A DNA stretch of 64,000 nt, from the NCBI GenBank assembly GCA_002633005.1, contig NMRA01000039.1:51541-115540 (forward strand), written 5' to 3'. Shown piece after piece: positions 1 through 11,968 of the stretch. Origin of the DNA: Phoronis australis (Eukaryota > Animalia > Phoronida). A program made the translations under genes and the position numbers. Positions within the stretch are counted from its first letter, which is position 1. The number at the start of each line of letters is the position of its first letter. The notes below the pieces were generated by a model. That model saw nothing but the letters and a program-made list of their open reading frames with translations, was not told the DNA's origin and searched no databases.

Positions 1-1250
1 GCTACAGTTTACATGACTTGTTGATGACAAGTTTTCCCTCCCCTACTCTATGGGCCTTCCATGCTCGAATGCCATCTGCGGAATACTCAAAGTTTGTCAG
101 AAAACTTATCCCTGGGATACTGTGCTTGGGAAAAACCTTTGGTGCATTCACACTACAGGACGACACCAAGCACCCTTTGACACCTCCTCTAGACTCTAGA
201 GCATGTTTCAGGTCGACTGCATTTTGAACGTTGTTGCCTTCATTGACGAAGTACTTGGCACGGGACTTCAAGGGTGCGATTTTCCTGTCACAGATGTCTT
301 TTCCCTTCTGACTTTCACTGAAGTCGTAGCGCAGAATGGAGATGCCGGTTTTACCAGATATGTAGAACAAATGAATCAGAAGGGCGGCTGAACGGTAACA
401 ATTGGCATTGTCGGAGCGTAGGAAAGCTTCCGTTATTTGTGGATCCCTAGCTTTTATCTGCCTTAGCACATCTAGCGTTAAACAGCAAACAGTGAAAAAG
501 TCTTGCTTGCAGGCATCTAGAGTATGGATGTAAGTATGTACCTGAAATACAATAATTATGTAACTCAAATAGGTCAGCTAGTTTAAAGAACTACCTTATT
601 ATATCTTATTACCACCTACACTGCAATCACACCACTCAACTTCAAACATGGTTCGTCTCAACACGGTTATTATATCAATAGCTCCTTCAAAACATTTCTA
701 GGGAGTAGTGAAATTTCTCGTTCACAAAGATATGAAAATCATCCATAAGTACAAAATGGCTTCAGCTAAAATGAAGGCTTGTGTGCAAAATCTAAGAGAA
801 AAATAATGCATCACTGTCAAGCTTTTGTTGGGAAATGGCAAGAAAAAGACTAGATATTAAGTGCACACTCCCTGTATCTTTTACTGTAACAGTAAATCAG
901 TATACTAAAAACAGGTAAAGGCAACAACATTGTTCATCACTGGCTTTCTGTTTAATATTGAGCACATCTGAGAATTACTTTGAAACACCTTGAATACTAA
1001 TTAACGATTTATTTTTACCTGATGGCTTTCACCTTTCTTTGTGATACAAGCCGCCACATGCCTTGAGATCCTTTTTACCAAACCAGTCGGACTGTGCTTC
1101 ACGGAAACTGATGGGTATGAACTTCATTGCGAAATCCATTACAACCAAAACTTGGTGTGGGGTGAGGGATGACATCAGATCCTGTTTTGCTTGTTCCTGG
1201 TTTATCCTTCTGATAATATTCTGTGTTCGTGATAACAGCACGTCAGTTTT
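1..1250 (-). pseudogene. Intron-containing DDE transposase relic, Sola3-like; runs off the window start
   Basis: Exon ~1018-1250 reads VMDFAMKFIPISFREAQSDWFGKK, then a frameshift, then ISRHVAACITKKGESHQ and a gtaaaa donor. Exon 1-541 follows a tttcag acceptor and reads LRSDNANCY...YDFSESQKGKDICDR...WKAHRVGEG. The DFAMK / SDNA / GKDICD acidic motifs match my recollection of Sola3 transposases; the family name is an inference. Confidence 0.75.
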
Positions 1251-2177
1251 TGTATAAAACCAAGTCCAAACTCATGTCGATGTGTAAAATATATAACGGC
1301 GCATTTCCATTGGTTTGCCAGTCCAACCTCCTATCTCCAGCTCTGGCAAGAATCAGCTGTAATTCCGATATACTTTCAAACTTCTGTGGCACTTTGTACG
1401 ACCTCAGATGACTTCTAACGTCTTTAACACAGCTAATGAAGGCCACATTAATGTCAAACTTTGTCACCAAGTTTCCAAGTCTGATTTTTTGCCGTTCAAA
1501 AAATGCAGTTTTACTGACATGAAAAAATGCAAAATGTGACTTTATAGTCAAATAGGTCATATCTCGGTAACCAAAGGTCATTGAGTACAAATATTGCAGC
1601 AGTGTACTTTGGGCCAGCATCCCAACGCATGCACAAAGTATTAGTTCTGTATGAATGTTTGAGCATATAGTGATTTCCATATGGTTTTTACATGGAATCA
1701 TTCTTAATTGTTGAACTGTAACGGCTGCTTTGTAGTTGTTTCGTCTAATGTCGGTTCAAAGTCCCGTGTTCCTGCCATATTAACTATTGGGTAGGCCTAA
1801 CGTTTTGAGAACCTTGTTTGGTTCTGTTGTATGACAAACTTTATTAATCATTTCTAGATAACCGTCACTTCAAGAATAAACCGATCAAACGAAGCTGACA
1901 CGTTGTGTATTATCGCCCACAATAATACCCTATTTCTTATCAACGAACTCTGGGCTCAGTTATTAATTATGTTATTAGAAAATGTCATTAAACAAAGAGG
2001 AGCTCATAACAAAGATGAATGGACAGAAAATATTGCATCTGTAAGTTCATCAACACATATACTGAGGGAATTTAGTTGAGTCCCTATTTGGGACTGTTTC
2101 AAGTCACAGAAGAAAATGTAAGTGGTGATTGTACTAAACCATCTCAAATACAATTGATTAATCGATAGATGCTTACA

Positions 2178-2300
2178 GACACACGCAGCCCACGCACGCA
2201 CACAAACACGCACGTCTACGCACGCACACACATAAGCACGTGCATACATAAATATGAGTACATGCACAAGCTAGTGCATGCACATGCAAACACGAACAAA
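2178..2300. repeat. Degenerate CA/CACG microsatellite
   Basis: gacacacgcagcccacgcacgcacacaaacacgcacg... Confidence 0.7.
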
Positions 2301-2489
2301 AGAGGTTTGATCACTCACTGCCTGTATTAAAAGCTGTTGGGGACACACAGCTTTTCAGTAATTCCAGAGCGTTATAGTTGCCATGATTAGAGATACAAGA
2401 TTACAGAAAAGACATGCATTCCTGGAAATTATAACTTGACCAATAGTAGCATCAGAATTCATACCCGAGTTGTCGACACACATTTTGCT

Positions 2490-3090
2490 GCGTGGACACT
2501 GGGGCCATAATGAAGGTTCAAACAGTCTAACATCATAAGTGGACACCGTGTCCATAACGTTAGTTGTCTGTTATATGTATCTGTGTCCACAAAGGAAGTT
2601 AACATAACACAATCTAAAGTGTGCACAGATTTATTGCATTACAAGTAGACACCGTGTCTATAATGAACCGTAGGGTGTATGGAATATGCAGCTGTGTCCA
2701 CAAAAAAGGCTACCTGAACACGCACTCTAGTGTCTGAAGTTGATAACATAACAAGTGGACACCGTGTGCATAATGTACATATACCAATAAGGTACCTGTG
2801 TGTGATATAAGTATGCATCTGTGTCCCGAAGAAGGTTAACATGACACAATGAAATGTGTGTACATGTACATACATGTATGAGTAGCATCAAAAGTGGACA
2901 CCTTGTCCGTAATATACTGTAAGGTGCGTGTTTGTTGTAATACAATGTATGCAACACTCCCGCCATAAATAAGTTTCATACAGGTACTGTAACACTCTAT
3001 GGAGTGTACAAATGTCTAACAACACACATGGACACCGTGTCCCTAATGTTTGGTGTTTTTAATACGTATGTCTGTCCACAAGGTAAGTTA
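2490..3090. repeat. Degenerate tandem array, ~105-140 bp unit, with palindromic core GGACAC-C-GTGTCC
   Basis: aagtggacaccgtgtc-like cores near 2537, 2643, 2753, 2892 and 3027, plus a partial core at 2492. Most are followed ~40-65 bp later by a tgtgtcc(a)caa-like motif. Confidence 0.75.
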
Positions 3091-3543
3091 ATATAATGAA
3101 ATCACTTGAGCTTGTGAATCTACGGTTTTATAGACGGGGGGGTTAGTCAAGTAGGATTCATTTTTGTTGTGCTGGCGGCGTTTTTCTTTCGTCGTTCCTC
3201 CTGAAGGGGTGGGGGTTTAAACCTGACCTGCACGAGAGCAGATTCTATTGTCATCGATGATTGAAAACAGCAAGCACAGAGCTGAGATTGGTTACTGCGT
3301 CAATCATGATTCCTCAGTCTGTGTTTGAAGTCACTTTCTGACTTCTTAAAATCGTAACTACATTATTTCGAATGCAGTCTTCCCAGCCCGTGTGTGTTAA
3401 CACACAATACCGGGTGATTAGCGTATGTCCGAGTCTTTACACCAAGGAATTGATAGTCTGGAAATGCAATCCACACAATCTTCGGAGCAACGGCCCTTCG
3501 GTGTTACAACTCATCTACCATAAAGGAAAAATCCAGGCGGGAA

Positions 3544-3711
3544 TCAGGGTCGGACCCAGGATTTTGAGTTTGCGGGGCCAGGGCAGAGTATTAGCCAGGA
3601 TTTTGGTCGTCAAACATTCGCACTCCCAAACTGCCAAATGGAATCTGGAAGAATTTTACGTGAGCATGGCCCCCNCCCCCCCCCCCCCCCCCCCCCTATA
3701 AATCTGCCACT
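3544..3711 (+). mobile_element. Short CAG-ended MITE (same family as 44116-44520 and 57299-57445)
   Basis: cagggtcggacccaggattttgag...taaatctgccactg. The internal gccaggattttggtcgtcaaacattcgc is shared in reverse complement with the other two copies. Confidence 0.7.
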
Positions 3712-4631
3712 GCTAATAACTGCGTTTTCATCGTTGGCGTTAAAAATAAATCAGTGATTCAGAAACAAAAACGCATACAATATTGAGATCTACGACACAG
3801 GTTACAAAGCAAATTCAGTTTGTCATCTGGCGATTGGTTGACAGTGTTCAGTTTTTTACTCTTCCAAGAAAGCCTGATTTCAAATTTCGTGATAGAAAAT
3901 TCTAAAAAACGTATCGCATTCTTCAACGTTTAATAGCAGCGGTGCGAACTTATTTCACCGAGGTTTACCAATATTTCTTCGGTTTGAATTCCTTTACAAG
4001 TTGACACTCAACTTTAGGTTTCGGTTTTGGTTTAGATTTTGAAGAGGTAAGATATATGCATAAGAAATATCCAAATGCCCTGGGTTGCAATCATACGTAC
4101 TGAGATGGTGAACCGAGAGGTGCAAGTCAAAGCATCATAAAATTTGATAGTTTTTTAACATGTGAAACGTGTGATTACAAACTCTAGGCCTACAGTCGAA
4201 GCACACCTGACGACAAGACTTAAATATAGACTATTGATTGACATTAGACCTGGATCCCAGAGCTTTTCGGGCATGAAAAGCCTCTATGATTATCCTCATG
4301 CTTGGGACTGGTTGTCTGGTAAGTTCGCTCTGATGGGTCTGGTCAGGTGAGCCAAGAGAATGACTTTAGAAAATTGATCTTCATGTAAATCATGTTTTCT
4401 GGAAACCACTAAATACTGCCTTCGATAACTACTATGTAATTCATTGTGTCAGAATTGGTTACTACCAGAAACTTTCAGTGGTGGGGAGTATCAGCAGAGA
4501 CCGTAGAGCGGAAGACAAATCGCCTAGCGAAATCCCATTGGACGGCCACTGACGGACACTGGTGTTTCATGGGCTGTAGAGTCCTCTAGCGGACTTGTGG
4601 GAATCAATAAACAAATATGGCAAGATACATG

Positions 4632-4720
4632 TATGACGGCTCCGGTCGGTAAAAATAACGGTGCTTTTTGTACTGCCTACAGCTGCAGCAACTGTTCATT
4701 AAAAAATCGTGACTTATGCG
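4632..4720 (+). pseudogene. Truncated THAP-like N-terminus (transposon relic)
   Basis: MTAPVGKNNGAFCTAYSCSNCSLKNRDL fits the C-x-AYSCSN start of a THAP domain; the rest of the domain is not seen. Confidence 0.4.
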
Positions 4721-6339
4721 TGCCGATGTTGGTATTGCTGCACAAGGCATATTATGTTAATACCGGGAGGAGAATATATGTCGCACTGTAACAGAAACCT
4801 AGAAAGTAGGCCCATAATATATGTCGCAAAATCACCGACCTTTGTCGGAACCTTCATGTGACCGAGACCTTACGGAGCTCGTTTCATCAGTTTCATTTTA
4901 CCTCTTTGCAGCATTAAACAATCATCACCCTGGAGATATCTAGCTGGGTTTCATACTTTGGTTGTTAAGACCGCTCAATTAAACTTTGGCAAACTCCCAA
5001 AGATTTAAAGTGACATTAATGGTTGCTAGTAGTAATTCACTCTTTACAGTGACTCATTACCAACTGGTAGGCCTACCATCTTTTCATATTTCATTGCCGA
5101 GTTACATGGAAATCATCGTTTCGTAATACCGCGATGAGATACGGAAGAAGTAGGAAACTCAACAATGTTAAAATAGGTAGCAAACGTTATTTAACGAACA
5201 TTTTATAGCAGACCTGAGCAAAAAAATGCGGATTAGTACGGACTATATGTTCGATTAAATACGTGCTGTCTTTAAAATTGCAAAGCGTGAGAGGCTGCAT
5301 ATAATCCTACCTGTGGAGACTTCAAATTCTGAACGAATTGAACGTTATTCCGAAGACCTACAGTGTCATATAGTGGGAAATATAATGCAAGTTGTGCAGT
5401 GTGTTGTTTTCTTGCGCACAATGATTTCGCAACACGTTGATGCGTTGGCGTCATTCATTTGTTTACAGCCAGTTGACTACGTTAGTTTGTGTTTATTGGC
5501 GCTTTCACAAAACCATTTTACATTTTTGTGGACGGTTAGAACATGTCCTCTGAGGCAATACGCCGTCCAGCGCAGATTCAAGAGCGCGTTTTTACAGATA
5601 TTAAGAAATGAGCATAATTTTTTTATATAAGGAATTCGCCGTGTTTGTCGTGATAATTATGCAATGTCAATAACCAACAGGTCCATTGATTAATCTGATC
5701 TTTTCACTACTTCAAGAGCAGTCCATCACTATTCCAAAACTGGAGTATTCTTAGCATGAAAAACATAGATAAATAAAATTGGTTGTGACATAACTTCGTG
5801 AAATATTTTTTTTCAAATGCAAGTAATTAAGAAAAGTACCAACTAAATACGTTAACGTGCCTAAAAGTTCGAATTTTCGATGTTATGCTTTTACGGAAAC
5901 GCCTTCAAATTTTATTGAAAAATCGGTAAATCTTGTGTCCAAACTACTCAAATGAAATTTGGATAAGACACTGTGTGATAGCCAAATCACCAATATGAAT
6001 TACTTTAGCATTGGAATGGTCCTTGGGTACACATTTTTAAGGGAATATATATATCAAAAATTAAAAGCGAGACAGCTATAATTGTCTCGAAAAATTTCGC
6101 CAACACTGCAAACAATGACCCGTTTCCTTACCCTGTAAATGAGTACGCACAACCGCCGGTAGGTGTCAGGCATCCCGATGACGTCACTGCACGGGAAACC
6201 GACTGGTGATGAAGTTTGCAAAAACTCTAAATTTAAAGTTATTTAATTAAACATTAGATGAAAGCATGGCAAAACTGAATAAAATACCAATTTTTAAGCG
6301 TGTTGTGAACACGGGGATAATAAAATCATGATTCTAGGT

Positions 6340-6790
6340 TAAAAATTAAAGAAGTTATGGTTGTTTAAAGTGGGCCCAATTCTTCCGACTAGTGGCGGAT
6401 AAGTGCACTTTTCAACCGCGTCAAGATGATCTACATGTATGCTGCAAACATGGGGACCCTAACAACAATGTCCAGGCCAAGTACATTAAAGAGTTTAACA
6501 AGCACGGCACTTAATAAAAGCTCTCCTGGTTTTCAAACGTGGATGTGTCACGTGGTTCTTTTCTCGGCTGCTTCCGGCCCACATCAAGGCCAAATGCCAC
6601 GGATTAAACGTGACGTCTGCAAATAAATGGGCCGCCACGTTTCCTCCCGTCCTCATGTTTCCTACGCACCTAAAAATTTGCCCTAGTAACAATGTCACTA
6701 GGTGGAAAAAGCAGTCCCACTTTAGACCACCATAACTTATAAAAATTAAAAATTAAAGAAGTTTTTGTTTTTTAAAGTGGGACCGCTTCC
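6340..6790. repeat. Short inverted plus direct repeat cluster (probable transposon subterminal sequence)
   Basis: aagttatggttgtttaaagtgggccc...actagtg (6352-6395) recurs inverted at 6697-6738 and direct at ~6745-6790. Confidence 0.55.
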
Positions 6791-6809
6791 TTGAATTGTG
6801 CCCAATTAA

Positions 6810-7644
6810 AGGAGAATGCCACCCGATTTTATTAGTCTTTTTTACCGTCTTAATCGGTCTATATCCACATCGCCTCTTATACGGTCGACCTCACCTTGCC
6901 GAGAGGTGTCGCGTTAACGTGTGAGGAAGGTGAGAAGCGACGCAGCGACGTCAGTGGTTCGTCTGCAGAGTGAACGCTTTTATATTGCAGTGCATCGTTC
7001 CCACTCGTCCGAAATGTGAAGCTGCGAAGAAAGCGGATATATCGTTTATTCGACTTCTCCGAAAGCCCGAAATGCTTAGGAAGTGACTCGCAGTAGTGAA
7101 GACTGAAAGGTATGCTGTTAATAGCAAGTACATGTATGAGGCCGTGAAACATCTCTGTGTCTGTGGCCGGCATTTCGTCAACAGCGTTTTCTCTGACAAC
7201 TTCCGGCTTACCAAAGAACTATCCATACGTTCGGTTGCCTATGCATATTCACCGGCCTCACTAGTATTTCTTGATCAGTGTATTCCGGCTCGAACTAATA
7301 GCCTGTAAGACCTAACGGTCCGACCCGTGAAGTCTTCGTCGAATGAGCACCTGACTAAGTCGGGATTGGCGCCGGAAGAGTTGCCATCTAGATGTTTTTA
7401 TTGTGCGTTCTGCTTGAAAATGAATTATTCTCATCCTAAAAGAATCCTAACCGATGCTTATATGAAACTGAAACAAAGTCTGTCTCATTAGATACAACTT
7501 GTACATGTAATGCCTTGGGGTGCTCGTGAGTGCAAATGTTTTAAGAAGCCAGCAATGAATAAACCACTGCGTTACCGGGTCTCAATGCCGGCAACAAAGG
7601 TAATTGACCGTGTATCGAGGCCAGATGAGCGCGTGCTAACTCAG
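6810..7644 (-). mobile_element. Partial copy of TTAA-flanked non-autonomous element family A (Kolobok-like), truncated at a MITE
   Basis: Starts ttaa|aggagaatgccaccc and is the reverse complement of ~20095-20845. Confidence 0.75.
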
Positions 7645-7894
7645 CATGCGCGCACCCAGGGGGGCTCGGGGGCTCGAATGAGCCATCCCCCATGTGACGA
7701 AGTGGGCAAAAAGGTCCGCCTCTGAGAGACAAAAAGTCCGATAAAATGAGGCATAAGCCCATTAAACATGCGCAAACGCGCAATTCACAGTGGTGCTTCC
7801 TTTTTTTCTTCAGTCCGCACGCTTTGTTATTATCGAAAAGTCCACAAAGCCAGGAATTTGAGCCCCTACATATTGAAGGCTGGGTGCTCGCATG
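7645..7894 (+). mobile_element. MITE with CATGCGCGCACCCAG terminal inverted repeats
   Basis: catgcgcgcacccag...ctgggtgctcgcatg; related copies at ~17515-17668 and 35354-35510. Confidence 0.7.
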
Positions 7895-8676
7895 CAAGGC
7901 GTCTTCACTCTTAGCGCAAAGGCCCGAGCTCGAACCCAGGTCGGGGTAGAGATCTTTTCAAACATACACTGTGAGCTACATGTATAGGCCATGAGATGTG
8001 ACCAACTGTCAGGCTGGATACGGCAACTATGCAAACGGTCAGATTCACATGTCCGGTACATTCGCCAACACATCCCAAAGAGTCAAAGGAGCTTGGTCTC
8101 TTTCAAAATATTTTGAAAAATGATAACACAAATCAGGAAATATCACGTGGTAAGATATTAGCTAATAACATACAAACAAGCTGGGTAATTAACTGTCAAG
8201 CAACCACCGAGGGTACTGAAAGAACAAAACAATTATAATCAACCTGCATTTGCTACTAAGGTAAATGCAATAGGGGTAGACCCAAATGGCAAAAAACAAA
8301 GTAGTAATGATGTAACTTAATTATATCGATAGCCCCAATGAGGTGAAATACATGTGCATTCGTGTCACCAAAACATTGCGTTTACTGAGGTCAGAGATGG
8401 TTTTCAATTCTTCCCATTTGAAATGAGCTTTGAGAGGAATTTGGATCATGATTGACTAGCATTCATTGTTTTCCTAATATATAAAATATTAAATCTGCTT
8501 TATCAGAAAATGTACTTGAAATCGTGGTGACGTGTCATTTTTGCAGAGTTTGCATTTTGTATGTTTGAGCCTTAACAAACCAATTACCTAAATCAACAGT
8601 TTCTCTTATTTAAGCCGGCGATTATAGCATGATAATATTAAAATAAGAGTGTTCGAAATAATATTTTACTGGCAGA
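7645..8676. repeat. Left arm of a ~1 kb inverted repeat (partner 16820-17668)
   Basis: For example gagcttggtctctttcaaaatattttg, catgtgcattcgtgtcaccaaaacattgcg and accaattacctaaatc all have reverse-complement matches in 16820-17668. Confidence 0.85.
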
Positions 8677-8779
8677 GCATGTTTTCAACAACAAAAATGA
8701 GTAACATACAAAATAGATCAAAAGCTATATTTTGATGGCTGAAATAACCAACGTATACTGCTCATAATTCTGTGCCATT

Positions 8780-11700
8780 TATTAAAATATAACAGTTTTG
8801 TGTTAGACAGGGGAGATAGTCCACTGACCACTTTTTGGGGCTAATTTTAGTGGCCATTTTTGTGACCTTCTTACTCTCATAAAACACCTTGTAGCCTTAT
8901 GTGACGTTTTGAACATACATGTACAGTTAAAGATTTAGTCTTGATGTCTGAGCAATAAAAAATCTTGCCTCAACTTTGCACTTTAGCGAAAATTGTCTTG
9001 CAAAACTGTCTATTTTCATATTTTGGAAATGACCAGCAAAATTTACAGACCATTTGAATAAACTTTTTTTTCTTTTAGACAAGAAGTCTGCTTTAAATAG
9101 TTATATAAACCAAGTCTCAACTCTTTAAAATGAAAACAAGATGTTTTCCGGGTTTATTACGCGGCTAGTATCAAAACTGAACCCGATGACCTTTGCCCAC
9201 TGAGGGAGTCAGTTGAGTTTAAGCTTGAGGATATATAAAATGTACGTGTAACCCTCTTGTATTCTTTCATTTCTATTACATTATCGGGTTAATTTAAACA
9301 CTCTGCAGGACTTTTAAATGGAAATAAATGCCTTTAAGATTAAAGGAGTAAGAATTGATATTTGTAATGACTGGTTTTGAGAGAAGCAAGTGCATTTTGA
9401 AAAGACAAAATGGCGGACGATGTCGATGGGTCTTCATGTTCCTTTAGAGTTTCATCTGCAAAAATTCCGATCACAAAAGCTTTGTGCTTTAGTGAGTTAT
9501 GTCAGACACCAATGAACATTTGAGATACAGGAAAGTACATTTAACTCACAAAGCAATGCCTCTGCCAGAGTACGGACTCGTACTACCCAGAGCCGGTGAA
9601 TTTCTGACTGAACAGGACCAGTCATGGATGAGTCAGGTAATGCTGAATGTTACCACTCTGCTCCTCTCCTCCTGAACGTAGGAGCCTTGTCAAATTCTGC
9701 CGGCATTTCTGTTTCGATATATGACTTTAGTGAAAGTCAGAATGGAAAGGATGTTTGTGATTGCAAGATCGCTCCACTCAAGCCGAAGGTAACAATATCA
9801 TAAACTTTCTGGATTTGAAAGAAGAATTACTTTCCAGTGGCCGTGTGAAGGGGATGTTATGTGTATGCATGTTCAGCCAATGCAACAAAGTATTTTCCAA
9901 AATACTCAGTTCCTGGTATAAGCACATTCCCAATTTCCCACTATTCCACCCAAGGAATTCGCGTGTGGAAATCATTCCATGTAAGTGACGGTAAGTTCTT
10001 ACAAATACTCAGAAAATGGGAAACATATTTCTCTCAAATACACTAACATCTCTAGACATGGCGGATTTTCAACACCAGGAGTTAAGATTGGCATTGTATC
10101 TAGTGAAGAGCCTCAACAAAAGTTCCCTTGTACCCAGCAAGGTTACTTGAAATTTTTTGCTACAGACGCAGAACTAGGTCAGCATTAGGATGTGGGTAAC
10201 CATACTGAACATTTACAGAGGGAAACCACGTATGACCACATCGCACGAAAGTGGTCAGAAATGTTCTCAGATGCAAGAACCGGAGCGACATTTGAGGCAG
10301 CCTCAGAGTACTATTTGGATGACACAAATGCTGAAGCAATAGGTAAGGCATTGAAAAAAAGTTAAAGGTCAACAAGATTTTCAGCAAAGGTTAAGAAATT
10401 TCTGACGAACATATTCGATGAAGGAGATAAGTCAGGTAAAAACGTTCACCCTCGGAAGTGCCAAAATGGAGAAAACATTACGAGAACCCACTGGGAAAGT
10501 GTTTACCTGTGATGTTAAGTGAATCGCAGATTGGTGGATTTTTTCGAGGTTGTCTGCAGCAATGTTTATGACAATGCTATTTCTGCTGAAGATGCTGTTA
10601 TGTCGTCAGATTTATTGAATGAAGTGGTAAATGAGCTCAGCGTTTAGCCTAGTGTTGTAGCATACCACTGAAAGATGTGTGATATATGAAGTCGAGACCG
10701 TTACTTCTGTTTACTTCATGTCTGTCATGAATGAGTCATTAATATAATTGTCTCTCGTGAATTATTTTCTATTGACTGTGAATGTGTACCTTTTTATACC
10801 ACTGATGATCACATTGGCAGAAATATTCAGCGTCATCTTAAGGTGCCCGGTGTGTGGGGGGAACACCAGATTTCTGGCGACTGGTGGCGACTAAAATTTG
10901 TAGCAACCAGCAGGGACATTACAATATGAACCCAAAGTTACAATGACTATTGACAAGTTGAAGGATTTTTTGCACTGAACACTAGGGGGTCATATCCACC
11001 TTGGGTGCCTTCCTTTACCTGTGGAACGAATAAGGCAGATAGAAAACAAGGCAGGGGTGAGTTCAATAACACTAGAACCTCTCTAAAATTTATCCAAAAC
11101 CATATGTTCTCATTTAAAATGCAGGGCAATATCTCGCGAAGTCTTGAATTATAGCAAGGTCCTCGTGTTACTGCTCTTATCCTAGATGCTCTTCAGTCTC
11201 CACGTAAACAAAAGCAGCGCCAACTATCACTTATAAGCACGCATGCCAGTTGATTTACTTACATATTTTTTGTAATAAGCAATAATCATCAATGCCGTTT
11301 TCAGAGAATGGTAATTAATAATGCTGTCTGCCTTTTCTCCCAAATACAAGGTTTTTATGTCGTGTTTGGCAAGCTAATTATATGTTTCAAGAGCCCCCTA
11401 TTGGCAGCAGAGGCAACTGAGAACATGCAAAAGGACGAAGTGCAGTTCGTGTAATGCTTTGTACGCAAAAACTACATTAGAGGCAAGATTTTTTTTATTT
11501 TAGATTATGAACAGGTTAGGAATGACGGAACAAATTATTTTAAAGTCAATTTCAGGAAAGGTGCGTTATGGCTGCTACAGCGTGACATATTTGACCGAAA
11601 ATGGCTACAGTGAAAACCTGAAAATATCCGTTTTTGCCTCACAAATTCAAAACGTACAAATTTAAAAATGGAGTTTGAAAGTTATGTCATTAAATTATTC

Positions 11701-11964
11701 AGTCATTGCCCTTTCAATTGGTATTATTCATTTGTTTTGACCTTACCACACATGCTAGTAAAATGCATTCAAACATGCCTACTTCGACGCCCAATTTTGT
11801 TGCAAAATGGAGGTAAAGGTCATAAAAAGAAAAAGAATGAATGAAAATTCTTAAAAAGTGAGTTTTCTCTATATCTCAACAAACCAAACTCATGTGCTAA
11901 GTTTCAAAATAATCGGTGATTTTGGGTATAGACTCTACCTGTTGGTTTTTATTTGGAGTCACTC
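8780..11964 (+). mobile_element. Decayed Sola3-like DNA transposon with transposase remnant at ~9640-10640
   Basis: YDFSESQNGKDVCDCKIAPLK and GIRVWKSFHVSDGK are homologous to the 1-541 ORF, and FPCTQQG...H..VGNH is a C2H2-like motif. The right end reads ggagtcactc|ttaa (GAG-type terminus plus TTAA). Degraded long TIR match: aaaaaatcttgcctc (~8957) versus gaggcaagatttttt (~11480). The left boundary is approximate. Confidence 0.7.
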
Positions 11965-11968
11965 TTAA

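Noticed and set aside
2490-3090. CRISPR array
   Set aside because: Eukaryotic context, irregular spacing, related spacers, no cas genes.
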